Virus record (IMG/VR): IMGVR_UViG_3300028888_005256
Source of the DNA: a virus
Lineage: Duplodnaviria; Heunggongvirae; Uroviricota; Caudoviricetes
DNA: 64,000 bases
Direction: 5' to 3' (one strand)
The notes under the pieces were generated by a model that saw only the letters and a program-made list of their open reading frames with translations, searched no databases and was not told the origin of the DNA. Below, piece by piece: positions 37,258-47,266 of this stretch (its first letter is position 1; each line of letters opens with the position of its first letter). The position numbers were made by a program, and so were the translations under genes.

Positions 37258-37296
37258 AAGCAATTCTTCCTAAATGAAAATTAACTTTATTTTAGA

Positions 37297-37410
37297 TTGT
37301 TAACCATAGGTAACAAATGTTATCATTAGGTTACCAATTCGTCAACTATTAATGGAGACGACACGCTTATGGGGGGGATTGGTTGGCTTGCTATTATTTA
37401 TTAATTTAAA
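37297..37410 (-). repeat. dispersed bipartite element copy E6 (core 37334-37355), extended version
   Basis: identical to E1 over CCATTAATAGTTGACGAATTGGTAACCTAATGATAACATTTGTTA, then the 8-bp core is inverted. Confidence 0.9.
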
Positions 37411-37432
37411 GATTTAAAGTTAATTTTTCTTT

Positions 37433-37816
37433 ATGAGTTGTAAGATAAAAAGAGAAAGACATTCTATTGAGGGCGGAAATCGCTCTTACTTTCAAACAAT
37501 TTTCGATTTTTCATCACTTGAAGCTCGCCTTGCAGCAATAGATACTGTTCTTAACGATCAGGGACTTGATCCAGTTTTGTACAACATTTACAAAGATGGT
37601 GCAGATGGTGATTTGCATTCTGTGACAGGCTTTAATACTTTTGCAAGAGGCAGAAAATGCTATAAAATTCATGATGACAAAACAGGAAAAGACTACAGAT
37701 TGGATAAGCAGCAGTATGTGCTTGTAAATCGCAATGGAAAAGAAGTTGCTGTGCAAGTAGAAAATCTTGATGTAAATGATTCTATTCTTGAAGTTCTTGA
37801 AAAGGAGCCAAAGTAA
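37433..37816 (+). CDS. stand-alone fragment of family A DNA polymerase (motif A region) with intein/HINT-like tail
   Basis: DFSSLEARLAA (motif A, cf. DYSQIELR) and GDLHSVTG; no motif B or C; tail YVLVNRNG...VENLDVNDSI. Confidence 0.65.
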   Translation: MSCKIKRERHSIEGGNRSYFQTIFDFSSLEARLAAIDTVLNDQGLDPVLYNIYKDGADGDLHSVTGFNTFARGRKCYKIHDDKTGKDYRLDKQQYVLVNRNGKEVAVQVENLDVNDSILEVLEKEPK

Positions 37817-38809
37817 ATGAGCAATTTCTTTTTTGGTGATGCACATTTTAGTGCAATGAATCCTTGGAATAGAGACGCTGTAGACACATTCATTGAGTGG
37901 TTCAAGACAGAATTTTGTTCTCCACATAAATCAGACAATGTTTGGTTTCTTGGTGACTTGTCTGATGCAGCTATAAATCCTGGATTTGTTACAGAACGAA
38001 TTCATCAGTTGATTAAATATGCAGCAAGTGTTTTTAAGCATGTGTATATTCTCACTGGCAATCATGAACTAAAACTTGTTCGTGGCTTAGTTCAGTCTTC
38101 TATTTCATTTCTCAATGACATTGATAATGTGACTGTTATTGATAAGCTTTCAGTAATAAATGAAGGTATTTCTGTGCTATGTCTTCCGCATTTAAGACTC
38201 CCTGCAGGCCAGTCTCTTGGCGATTACTACAGTGAGTTTGACTACAGCACTTTACTCTCTGGGAAAGCAGATATCTGTATAGGACATCTTGCGATAAAAG
38301 ATGATTTTAGATACAAAGATGGTCTTGATATCTCTAAAGTGCCTGCTGAGAATTTTATCTTTGGCCATATTCATACAAGAACTCAGAAAGAGTATATTGG
38401 CTCTTTGTGGCCATGCAAAGAAGATGAAGTGCGGACAAAGTTTCCACGGTGTTATATCGAAGTAGACGAGAGTAAGCATATCACTGAAATTCCGCTTCCA
38501 GTATTTTTGACATACAAGACTGTTAATTATCCAGAAAAAATTGAACCACAGAATGTTACTACAGTCTGGACAGTAAATGGTCTTCAGAACTTGACAGAGG
38601 CAAAGTCTTTTTATGAAGGACATTATGTTAAATCAGTTTTCAAAGAGCCAGAGAGAAAAGATGAAGATGGCTCTTCTATTGATACAGAATGGAAAGTTTT
38701 CGCATCTGGAAAAGAAGCTTTGGACAGTGCAATTGCAGAAGGTCAGATTAAAGTGTCTCGACCAGTCTACTCTCAAATTGTGAAGACACTTGGAGAACAT
38801 AATGCTTAG
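37817..38809 (+). CDS. sbcD: SbcD/Mre11 (T4 gp47-like) nuclease
   Basis: metallophosphoesterase motifs GDAH, GDL, GNHE, GHL, GHIH; coupled to SbcC. Confidence 0.85.
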   Translation: MSNFFFGDAHFSAMNPWNRDAVDTFIEWFKTEFCSPHKSDNVWFLGDLSDAAINPGFVTERIHQLIKYAASVFKHVYILTGNHELKLVRGLVQSSISFLNDIDNVTVIDKLSVINEGISVLCLPHLRLPAGQSLGDYYSEFDYSTLLSGKADICIGHLAIKDDFRYKDGLDISKVPAENFIFGHIHTRTQKEYIGSLWPCKEDEVRTKFPRCYIEVDESKHITEIPLPVFLTYKTVNYPEKIEPQNVTTVWTVNGLQNLTEAKSFYEGHYVKSVFKEPERKDEDGSSIDTEWKVFASGKEALDSAIAEGQIKVSRPVYSQIVKTLGEHNA

Positions 38810-40796
38810 AATAAAATCTATAGATTTAAAGAACTTTATGAGCATTTCAGATGCTCATCTTGAATTTGATAAGAAAACTACTTTTTTGAAAGGTCATAAC
38901 GGTTTTGGCAAGTCGGCTATCTTTGAAGCAGTATATCTTTGTCTTAGCAATGAGAAAAGAGGCGATAAGATCAAAGACTACATCAAGACTAGCTCAGATT
39001 TCTTTGAAATCAAAATTTCAGCAGACATCTTCAACGACCCTCTAGAAGTGTACTATAAAGTAAGTGATGATAAGGGCACTTCTAAAATCATGACTTTTAA
39101 GGACACTGAGTACAAAGCTTCAGAATGCGATTCTCTTATTGAAGAGCTTAATTTGAAGTTTTACTCTAAGCTTTTGTTCTCAAGACAGAATGAAGAGCTT
39201 ATCTCAGAGATGTCTCCGACTGACAGAAGATGGTATCTTTCTCGTCTTCTTGAGTTTGACTTCTCAGAAGCAAGAGAAGCTCTTGGAAAGGAAATTGATG
39301 AACTTACAGATAAAAAAGAATCTTCTGAATCTAACATTGAGTTCTTGAAGAAGTCAATTGAAGAACAGAAAGACTTGATGCAAGTCTATAAAGTTCTTCC
39401 CTACTCTCTCAGTACTCATGAAGAGATGAAACAGAAAGTTGTAGAATTCGATGATTCAAGAATGTCGGCTTTAGTAGAGAATATCTCTGATGCAGATAAA
39501 GATATTTTCAAACTTGAGTCAAAGAAATCAGACTTACTCAAAGAACGGGAGTTCTACAAAAGATTTGAAGACAAAAAATCTCAGCTTGAGATCAAAATCA
39601 AAGAAACTGAGACTGAAGAGCTGAATTTTGACAAAGAAGATGCACGAATCAAAGAGATTGATGAGAACATCTCCCAATTAGACGCAGCTCTTTCTGATGC
39701 TTCAAAATTGTCTAACATTGAGTCTGAGACAAAAATTCTTGAAAAAGAGAAAGACCTCTGCAAGCAAGGGAAATGTCCTACATGTGGCAAACCTTATGAA
39801 GGCGCAAGCATAGAGGAGATTGAGAAGAAACTTGAAGATTTGTTTGCTGCCAAGACAGAATTCTTTGCTAATAGAGACAAATTGTCTAAAGATAAAGCAG
39901 AACTGCAAAAAGAGAAAAGAGACATTCAGAATAAAGTTTCTGAAGAGAAAAATGCTAAAGCCATCAAAGACTCTGAGAACAAGCAATACAAGTCGCAATT
40001 AGATGCTCTCTTAAAAGAATCTGAGTCTCTTGAAAAAATTGACTATGAATCTGCTATTGAAGACACAGACAAGTGTATTGAGAAGTCGAAGTCGATAAAA
40101 GAAAAGTTTCAGAAAGAACTGAATGTTCTTAAAGAAGAATCTGCAGAAATTCAAGAGCTTAAAAGAAAAATTCTTGAATTTGAAAAGCTTCAAGACGACA
40201 TTAAGCGAATTGAAGAGAACAACAAGAGAATAGAAGAGCTCATTGAAAAGAAGAGTGAAGAGATTAAGTCTCTTCAAGAAGACATTGTTAATCTTACTAA
40301 GAGCATCGAAACTAAAAATGAAGCTTATAAAGTTATTCAGAAAGACTTGCCGTCGTACATGACATTCAAGACTTGTGCTCTTATCGAAAAAGAGATGAAT
40401 GACTTTATTAAGTCTACAATGCCTCTTATTACGCTTTATTTTGAGCCTGTCAAGAACGGTATTGACTTCAAATATGCAGAATACCCTGAAACAAAAGAAG
40501 ATGCTAAGAGTGTAAAGATGGCTTCAGGCTTTGAAAAGAAGCTTCTTTCTATCGCATTTAAAGTTGCACTCAACAAAGCATATTCTTTAGGATTCATCAT
40601 TCTTGATGAGATTGATGGTGATGCTGATGAAGAGAATTCAGAGTCAATGCTCAATTCAATAATTGAAGACAAGTTCTTCAATCAAGTTTTCGTAATTTCT
40701 CACAAAAGCTTAGTTGTAGATTCTATCACTTCTGGCACAAGTGATGTCAAGATTCTTACAATGCCTCAAAAGGGTGTTTTTGTTGAAGATAATTAA
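38790..40796 (+). CDS. sbcC: SbcC/Rad50 (T4 gp46-like) ATPase
   Basis: GHNGFGKS, coiled coil, zinc hook CPTCG, signature ASGFE, Walker B ILDEID, VISH. Confidence 0.9.
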   Translation: MENIMLRIKSIDLKNFMSISDAHLEFDKKTTFLKGHNGFGKSAIFEAVYLCLSNEKRGDKIKDYIKTSSDFFEIKISADIFNDPLEVYYKVSDDKGTSKIMTFKDTEYKASECDSLIEELNLKFYSKLLFSRQNEELISEMSPTDRRWYLSRLLEFDFSEAREALGKEIDELTDKKESSESNIEFLKKSIEEQKDLMQVYKVLPYSLSTHEEMKQKVVEFDDSRMSALVENISDADKDIFKLESKKSDLLKEREFYKRFEDKKSQLEIKIKETETEELNFDKEDARIKEIDENISQLDAALSDASKLSNIESETKILEKEKDLCKQGKCPTCGKPYEGASIEEIEKKLEDLFAAKTEFFANRDKLSKDKAELQKEKRDIQNKVSEEKNAKAIKDSENKQYKSQLDALLKESESLEKIDYESAIEDTDKCIEKSKSIKEKFQKELNVLKEESAEIQELKRKILEFEKLQDDIKRIEENNKRIEELIEKKSEEIKSLQEDIVNLTKSIETKNEAYKVIQKDLPSYMTFKTCALIEKEMNDFIKSTMPLITLYFEPVKNGIDFKYAEYPETKEDAKSVKMASGFEKKLLSIAFKVALNKAYSLGFIILDEIDGDADEENSESMLNSIIEDKFFNQVFVISHKSLVVDSITSGTSDVKILTMPQKGVFVEDN

Positions 40797-40811
40797 ATAA
40801 AGGAGTTTTAC

Positions 40812-41570
40812 TTGTATTTTTGGGGTAAACATGCCAGTCTTCCAAAAGGAAGACTTGGCGACGATGACGATTTAGAAGAGCAGCATTCAATTTATGATTG
40901 CTATACAAACCTTTCAAGAAAGGGCTCTCATATCTATTTCTATGATGAAATCAATGAAGTAACTGCTCGAGTATTCAGAAAGCTGTATGAAGATGCTAAA
41001 GAATACTTGACAATGAAATATGCTGACGAAGCACTTATGACAAATAAGCTTCCAGAAACAGTTACAATTCACATCAACTCACCTGGTGGAAACGTTCTTG
41101 AGTCTTTCGCTTTGTATGATTACTTGTCAACATGTCCAATTCCTTGTGTTGCAGTAGTTGAAGGCATTGCAGCATCAGGTGCAACAATTCTTCTTATGGG
41201 CTGTATGCATCGTATGATGACAGAAAACTCAATGATTCTTATTCATGAACTAAGAAGCGGATGGGAATTCAGCAAGTATTCTTCAATCAAAGATGAGACT
41301 GAGAATCTCGACATTCTTATGAAGAGAATTAAAAGCATCTATGCAGCAAATACAAAAATTCCTGCTAAAGAACTTGATGAGATTCTTCGTCATGATGTTT
41401 TCTTTGATGCAAGCACAAGTCTTCGTCTTGGCCTTACAGACCAGACAATTCATAACAACAATTTGAGAGACTTAATTACTGTAGCTACTGAAGAGAAAGC
41501 AAAGACAAAGAAAAAGCCTGCTAAGAAGACAGCATCTAAAAAGAAAGAAGAGCCTGCTAAAGAAGAGTAA
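40812..41570 (+). CDS. clpP: ClpP-family serine protease with Lys-rich tail
   Basis: INSPGG, AASGA (Ser), LIHE (His), HDVF (Asp); TTG start with AAGGAG RBS. Confidence 0.85.
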   Translation: MYFWGKHASLPKGRLGDDDDLEEQHSIYDCYTNLSRKGSHIYFYDEINEVTARVFRKLYEDAKEYLTMKYADEALMTNKLPETVTIHINSPGGNVLESFALYDYLSTCPIPCVAVVEGIAASGATILLMGCMHRMMTENSMILIHELRSGWEFSKYSSIKDETENLDILMKRIKSIYAANTKIPAKELDEILRHDVFFDASTSLRLGLTDQTIHNNNLRDLITVATEEKAKTKKKPAKKTASKKKEEPAKEE

Positions 41571-41593
41571 GTTCTTTCTTTTAAAATGTGTAA

Positions 41594-44110
41594 ATGCCAA
41601 AGTTTGATTTAGAAACAGCATTTACACATTTTTTGTCTAATGATTCTCTAAAGAACTATAAAGAGAAACTTAGACAATCTGACCCAGAAACTAAATTAAT
41701 TCCTAAAGAGGTTTTAATGGTTGTACACAAAAGAGACGGAAACACTGAAGACTTCGATGCGTCAAAACTTCTTAGAGCAATTAAGAAGGCAAATGCAAAG
41801 TCTCCAGAGAAAGAAGAAGAAGCAAAATTAGAGAAAGTTGCAGCATCTGCTACATCATTCATCAAATCTTTGAAAAAAGATGTTATTGACGTAGAAGAGA
41901 TTCATAAGGCTATCGAAAATGCACTTATGAAAAATAACTGTTTTGAAGTAGCAAGACAGTACATGAATTATCGTCGTGAAAGAGACTTAAAGAGATTCAA
42001 GAAACTGCCCATTGTAGGCGTAATGGAATCAAAGCTCTTTGTAAAGAAATCAGAAGGTGGCGAGCATCAGAATGCAAACCTTGATGAGTTTTCTTTTGGT
42101 GGCAAAAAGGGAGAGATGGACTCTGCCTTCTTGAAAGAGCATGCGTTAAACTACTACATTCCTCCAAAATCTGCTAAGAATCATCTTCAGAACAGAGTTT
42201 ACATTCATGATCTTGATTCTTACATTCTGGGCCTACATAATTGTCTCTCGGTTCCAATGGACGAGCTGCTCTCAAATGATGTATACACAAGACAGACAAT
42301 TATCAGACCTGCAGGTTCAGTTAACACAGCAATGCAGCTTATTGCAGTCTACTTCCAATTGCAATCTTTGCAGCAATTCGGTGGCGTAGCAGCGACACAT
42401 GTAGACTGGACTCTTGTGCCGTATGTGCGCAAGTCCTTTATGAAGCACTACATTGTAGCATATCTTAAGTCTACAGACGAGTTTGAGAAACTAGACTTGC
42501 CTGCTCTTATGTTCAAAGACTACAAAGACAATAATGGTGTCTGGCATAATGAGCTTGAAGACTGGATTGACTTTAAGAAAGACGACTATCTGAAGAGACT
42601 TGGTCTTACAAAAGAAGATTTTACTTTTGACAACAAAAAACTTGACAAGACTTTGCGTCAGCAAGCAATCTTTGATACAATTCAGGAAACAAAACAGGCT
42701 GCTGAAGGAATGATTCATAACTTGAATTCACTTCAGTCACGTTCTGGAAATCAGCTTCCATTCTCAAGCATCAACTACGGTACATGTACTCTTGAAGAGG
42801 GCCGCATTGTAACACGAGCAATTCTTTCTGCTACTATCAAAGGAACTGGAAATGGTCAGACTTCTATTTTCCCATGTCAGATTTTCCAGAAAATGAAAGG
42901 CGTAAATGATAAAGGCTCTCCAAACTATGATTTGTATAAGTATGCAATTCGCTGTACTGCAAAGAGAATGTACCCGAATTATGTAAATTGTGACTGGTCT
43001 CAAGACCAGGGCTATAATAAAGATGACCCAAGAACGTTCCCATCAACTATGGGTTGCCGCACATATTCAGGTTGGGATGTAAATGCACCTGATGAAGCTC
43101 ATAAGCATATGAAAGACGGGCGCGGTAATATTGCACCTGCAACAGTTATTCTTCCTACAATTGCAATGGAAGCAAAGCGAAAAGCAGAGAAAGATGAAGC
43201 ATTAGACTACGTAGTAGACTACTTTATGGAAGCTCTTGAGAAAGCAATTGGTGACTGCAAAGATGAGTTGATTGAACGTTTCGATTGGATCTGCTCTCAA
43301 GATCCTGCTTCAGCCGACTTTATGTATCATAATCACACATTCTTCTCTTATGGAGATGAATTTGAGAAAGAAGGCATTCGTGGTGCATTGAAGCATGGAA
43401 CTCTTGCTATTGGACAAATTGGTCTTGCAGAAACATTGCAGATTCTTATTGGCTGCGATCATACTACTGAAAAGGGCATGGAACTTGCTAAGAGAATTGA
43501 ATCATTGTTCCAGAAAAAATGCAAAGAGTACAAAGAGAACTACAAGTTGAACTTCGGAGTATACTACACTCCCGCTGAGAACTTATGCTTTACTTCATAC
43601 ACAAAGTTTGTTAAGAAGTATGGTCTTATTGAGAATGTAACAGCTTACAGAGACGAGAATGGCAAGCTTGTTCCAAGAGGCTACTTCACAAACTCAATTC
43701 ATGTACCTGTTTGGACTAAAGTTGATCCTTTCGAGAAAATTGACATTGAAAGTCAGCTCACAGGATATAGTTCAGCAGGCTGCATCACTTATGTAGAGAT
43801 CGGTGATAAAGCAGAGTACAATCTTGAAGCTCTTGAGCAGATTGTAGACTATGCTATGGAGAAAGATGTTCCGTACTTTGCTTTGAATGTTCTTTTCTCA
43901 GATTGCACGAAATGCGGCTACTCTGGCTATATTGCAGATGACGAGCCTTGTCCTTGCTGTGGTGCAGACCACGAGACTTACATTAATGACTATGCTCGAA
44001 TCACTGGATATCTTGCAATGAAGACTGCTTTCTTTAATAGTGGAAAGAAACTTGAGAAGAAAGACAGATATGTCAATGTAAATAAGCTATCTACTTGGAA
44101 GACTGCATGA
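41594..44110 (+). CDS. nrdD: anaerobic (class III) ribonucleoside-triphosphate reductase with ATP cone
   Basis: KRDG ATP cone, IHDLD, SSINYG, MGCR, TPAE, FTNS, Zn site CTKCG/CPCCG, glycyl-radical motif RITGY. Confidence 0.95.
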   Translation: MPKFDLETAFTHFLSNDSLKNYKEKLRQSDPETKLIPKEVLMVVHKRDGNTEDFDASKLLRAIKKANAKSPEKEEEAKLEKVAASATSFIKSLKKDVIDVEEIHKAIENALMKNNCFEVARQYMNYRRERDLKRFKKLPIVGVMESKLFVKKSEGGEHQNANLDEFSFGGKKGEMDSAFLKEHALNYYIPPKSAKNHLQNRVYIHDLDSYILGLHNCLSVPMDELLSNDVYTRQTIIRPAGSVNTAMQLIAVYFQLQSLQQFGGVAATHVDWTLVPYVRKSFMKHYIVAYLKSTDEFEKLDLPALMFKDYKDNNGVWHNELEDWIDFKKDDYLKRLGLTKEDFTFDNKKLDKTLRQQAIFDTIQETKQAAEGMIHNLNSLQSRSGNQLPFSSINYGTCTLEEGRIVTRAILSATIKGTGNGQTSIFPCQIFQKMKGVNDKGSPNYDLYKYAIRCTAKRMYPNYVNCDWSQDQGYNKDDPRTFPSTMGCRTYSGWDVNAPDEAHKHMKDGRGNIAPATVILPTIAMEAKRKAEKDEALDYVVDYFMEALEKAIGDCKDELIERFDWICSQDPASADFMYHNHTFFSYGDEFEKEGIRGALKHGTLAIGQIGLAETLQILIGCDHTTEKGMELAKRIESLFQKKCKEYKENYKLNFGVYYTPAENLCFTSYTKFVKKYGLIENVTAYRDENGKLVPRGYFTNSIHVPVWTKVDPFEKIDIESQLTGYSSAGCITYVEIGDKAEYNLEALEQIVDYAMEKDVPYFALNVLFSDCTKCGYSGYIADDEPCPCCGADHETYINDYARITGYLAMKTAFFNSGKKLEKKDRYVNVNKLSTWKTA

Positions 44111-44454
44111 GTGAAAAGATTCTGTTAGACAGTATCTGTTATCTAGGCACGTTACTCACTTTAGTGAGCTACTGCTTTAGAACAGTAAAGCTTAGAGTTT
44201 TCGTTATTTGCGGAAATATCGTAAATATCATTTGGGCAATCTTAGACAATCAGCAAGCGATTCTTATTTCAAATCTCTTGTATTTGTCTGTGAATACATG
44301 GGGCTTGAGAAAAGAACTTAAAGCACATTCAATGAAAAAAGACTTCAGGTCTTTGAACCCAGTTTTCAAAGATGGATTGTTTCATTGTAATGGCTACTCA
44401 GCGAAAACTGAAAAAGAGCTTATCTCTATTTTGAAAAAACAAAAAATACTTTAA
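44095..44454 (+). CDS. small membrane protein (YgjV-like)
   Basis: three short hydrophobic segments, KLRVFVICGNI. Confidence 0.55.
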   Translation: MEDCMSEKILLDSICYLGTLLTLVSYCFRTVKLRVFVICGNIVNIIWAILDNQQAILISNLLYLSVNTWGLRKELKAHSMKKDFRSLNPVFKDGLFHCNGYSAKTEKELISILKKQKIL

Positions 44455-44465
44455 AACTTAAAAAT

Positions 44466-44492
44466 AAAGGCTGCATTTTAGCAGCCTTTTTC
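44466..44492. terminator. bidirectional intrinsic terminator
   Basis: AAAGGCTGC-atttta-GCAGCCTTT. Confidence 0.8.
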
Positions 44493-44509
44493 TATTTTAG
44501 ATGAATTCT

Positions 44510-45496
44510 CTATTCATAAAGTCTTTTAAGAGACTCTTGTTCTTTTGAGAGAATTGCTCTCATCTGCTCAATGCTCTCTTTGTACTCTTTTCTTGTGCAG
44601 CCAACTTCTTTGCAGATGTCGGTTAGTTTTTTATTTGATGATGAGTGAATAGACCAGATTTTTCTTTGCTGCGGTGTAAACTGCTTCTTAGCATTGCTAA
44701 TTGCTGTTTCAAGAATTTTTTTGTCTAGTGAGCGAAGATACTGTTCTTCAGGATCAATTACAACTTGAGCCTGAGAATTTTGATACACCATTGCATCTGA
44801 GAAGTCTTTGTGATCGTCAGTCTCATAATTCGAAAGAGTGACTTCATTACAAACACGAGAATAGCTGTCTCGGAGAATGTCTCTGTTCTTCGACATCAAG
44901 TAACCATTCAAGCAAGTCCAGAACTTCCATTTGTCTTTTGAAATCGTTTTCTTTGCAACTTCTTTGAGATGACTTTTTACTGTATCGAGTTCTTCAACTG
45001 ATTCTGCTTCAACACTTCGAATGCGTTCAAGATGAACTGAGTCAATAGCCTTTGAGAAAGTCTCATACATATCAATAAGATAATCTGACAAATCAAGACC
45101 CTTGATATTGTGCTCAAAAATCTTATTCTGCAAAAGTTTTCTCTGAGCAAGAATTGTATACTTGTACCTCTCAAAAAGAACTTCAATTGCAGCCTTTCGA
45201 ATTGCATCAGAACCGTATTTGATACGGTCTAAAACCTGATAGTCTGTTGCGTCTTTCAGCTGTGCTTTAGTGTTAAAAGAATTATGCACAATCGGGAACA
45301 AAGGATAGACTTTCTTGCCCTGCCCCTTTTCAAAAGCTGCATTTACATTAAAGTCAATTGTTTCGTTTACACTTTCCGCTAGAAATTTCATTCGTTCAAT
45401 ACACCTCGATGAATAATAAGAGAATTTTTGTCTTTCTAAATAAGATAAGATTTGCGTTAAAGTTTTTTGAATTTTACACCATTCAGTGCAAGCCAC
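44510..45496 (-). CDS. sigma-70-family RNA polymerase sigma factor (true start possibly 45391)
   Basis: region 2-like AAIEVLFERY...DLSDYLIDMYETFSKAI...KFWT.L...RDILR; region 4-like FTPQQRKIW...LTDICKEVGCT. Confidence 0.7.
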   Translation of the reverse strand: MACTEWCKIQKTLTQILSYLERQKFSYYSSRCIERMKFLAESVNETIDFNVNAAFEKGQGKKVYPLFPIVHNSFNTKAQLKDATDYQVLDRIKYGSDAIRKAAIEVLFERYKYTILAQRKLLQNKIFEHNIKGLDLSDYLIDMYETFSKAIDSVHLERIRSVEAESVEELDTVKSHLKEVAKKTISKDKWKFWTCLNGYLMSKNRDILRDSYSRVCNEVTLSNYETDDHKDFSDAMVYQNSQAQVVIDPEEQYLRSLDKKILETAISNAKKQFTPQQRKIWSIHSSSNKKLTDICKEVGCTRKEYKESIEQMRAILSKEQESLKRLYE

Positions 45497-45960
45497 TTTG
45501 CCATATTTACAAATCGATTGCTCATAGACTGAATAAGGGGCATTTTGTTACTGTCTTCGCCAACAAGCACTAATGTGTTAGAGCGATCTACTCCACTCTC
45601 AATGTCTTTGTTTACTCTTCTCTGGCAAAGCTTCCAATCATAAGAGTCTTTGAAGAGAAGCACTTCAACATTTGCATTTACAGAATCTGCAATTTCTTTT
45701 ACTGCTTTGTAGCTCTTGGGACTGAGTGTTGTAGCGCTGAAATACGCATCGTTGCCAGATTCGAGTGCATTTTTGAGTCTATTGTATGCAAGGTCCCAAA
45801 CTTCTTTATCTCTGGATTGGTCGGAGATATTGCCAGTCAATTCTTTTCGAATGTCATCTGGACAAATAACTTTAAGAGATGGATTTTGTGTTTTCATGAT
45901 TTCGCCATATCTAGATTTGCCAGAACCAGAAATGCCTACTGTAAGGTACACCGTGGACAT
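45457..45960 (-). CDS. polynucleotide kinase (AAA_33-type kinase domain)
   Basis: YLTVGISGSGKS, ICPDDIRKELTG, CQRR. Confidence 0.75.
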   Translation of the reverse strand: MSTVYLTVGISGSGKSRYGEIMKTQNPSLKVICPDDIRKELTGNISDQSRDKEVWDLAYNRLKNALESGNDAYFSATTLSPKSYKAVKEIADSVNANVEVLLFKDSYDWKLCQRRVNKDIESGVDRSNTLVLVGEDSNKMPLIQSMSNRFVNMAKWLALNGVKFKKL

Positions 45961-46040
45961 AATTTGCTATTAACCTCTCTAGTATAGAAATAATATAATA
46001 AAAAATTCTCAAAATTTTCAAATAAAAGACTAATTTATTT

Positions 46041-47261
46041 ATGACAAAGGAAAATTTTTTACTTAAGCTTAAAGAAACGAATCCCGCAGAGATTAGAGAC
46101 ACTTGGTCTGCTCTTGGTGAGACAGTTTGCACTACAAGAACAAAAATGTACACGAAAGATACTCTCTTCAAAATGATTGAAGAGAATTGTCCGCTTACAA
46201 ATGCTTACATTTTCGTAAAGAATACTTACTCAGTTGACAACAAAATCTATCCTTGTATAGACTGGAAGACTTGCACAGTTGATGAGCTTGAATCAAAAGT
46301 CGTTACTTGGCAAGGGGTAACTACTCCATTCTTTAGAGTCATTGCTCTTGATTCAGACTTACCATCTATTGATGAAGTCCCTATAAATGAAGACTACATT
46401 CCTTTCTCAAATATGAAAGCTATAGATGAAGTGAACATAGATGATGATGAACTTATAAGATTGCTCATTGGCTTAGGTGTTCCTTTCTTGCGACTTGATG
46501 AGCTTGAATACGATAGACATACAATTTGTGAGTATATGATTAAGCCAGCTCTTGATGTTATCTTTGGCTTGTTTCCTATAGTTGATGAAGAGGGGATTGG
46601 TGCTTTATCGCCTAATCAAGAATTTCTTATTCCATTTCCAAAAGGCGCTCATGGATGTCAGATGTTCTACACAACTGGTGCTGGAGCTGCTACAGCAGCT
46701 GGCTTGACAAAAATGACGAATGCTTTTGCTTTCTGTAGAGAACAAATGATGAGTGGCTCTGGTAATGTCGGAGGCGGATCTGGCTTTGGAAGATGGGGAA
46801 ATGGGCTTAGATACTCGAAAGCTGTCCCAGGGTTTACAGGACAGCACTCAGGACTTCCGGGCTCTTCTTACATGAATCAGATGATAGACTCAAATGCTGC
46901 CGCTCAAGGAATGATAAACTATTTCAGAGCTGAGAAGTACTCTAAGAAGAAGATAGACGGTCAGATGTATGCATACGGATTCTCGACAGTTGGTGGATTC
47001 CTGAATGCTCGTTGGCTAAAGCATTCTTATGATTTTGATGATGTAAGATATGAACTCATAGACCACACAAGAAGACTTTGTCAAGCATACATCTATATGA
47101 ACTTTGGTCTTCTTAGAAATATGGTAAAAAGCGATGTACCAGGTCAAATTGACTATGACAGTCTAAAACAAAGAGGCGAAAAGCTAGAGCAAGAAGTAAG
47201 AGATGAGCTTAAAAAGCAGAATTATGCTCTTAGCTTAGCTGTTCAAAGAGGCGGAAAGTAA
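46041..47261 (+). CDS. neck/head-completion protein (T4 gp13-like C-terminus)
   Basis: YMNFGLLR...VPGQIDY..LKQRGEKLEQEV resembles the gp13 C-terminal pattern; ACTAATTTT upstream. Confidence 0.5.
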   Translation: MTKENFLLKLKETNPAEIRDTWSALGETVCTTRTKMYTKDTLFKMIEENCPLTNAYIFVKNTYSVDNKIYPCIDWKTCTVDELESKVVTWQGVTTPFFRVIALDSDLPSIDEVPINEDYIPFSNMKAIDEVNIDDDELIRLLIGLGVPFLRLDELEYDRHTICEYMIKPALDVIFGLFPIVDEEGIGALSPNQEFLIPFPKGAHGCQMFYTTGAGAATAAGLTKMTNAFAFCREQMMSGSGNVGGGSGFGRWGNGLRYSKAVPGFTGQHSGLPGSSYMNQMIDSNAAAQGMINYFRAEKYSKKKIDGQMYAYGFSTVGGFLNARWLKHSYDFDDVRYELIDHTRRLCQAYIYMNFGLLRNMVKSDVPGQIDYDSLKQRGEKLEQEVRDELKKQNYALSLAVQRGGK

Positions 47262-47266
47262 TTTCT

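Noticed and set aside
37356-37432. Group I/II intron or upstream polA exon next to the PolA fragment
   Set aside because: Upstream is the AT-rich element with stops; downstream TAA abuts the sbcD ATG; no intron-sized non-coding space
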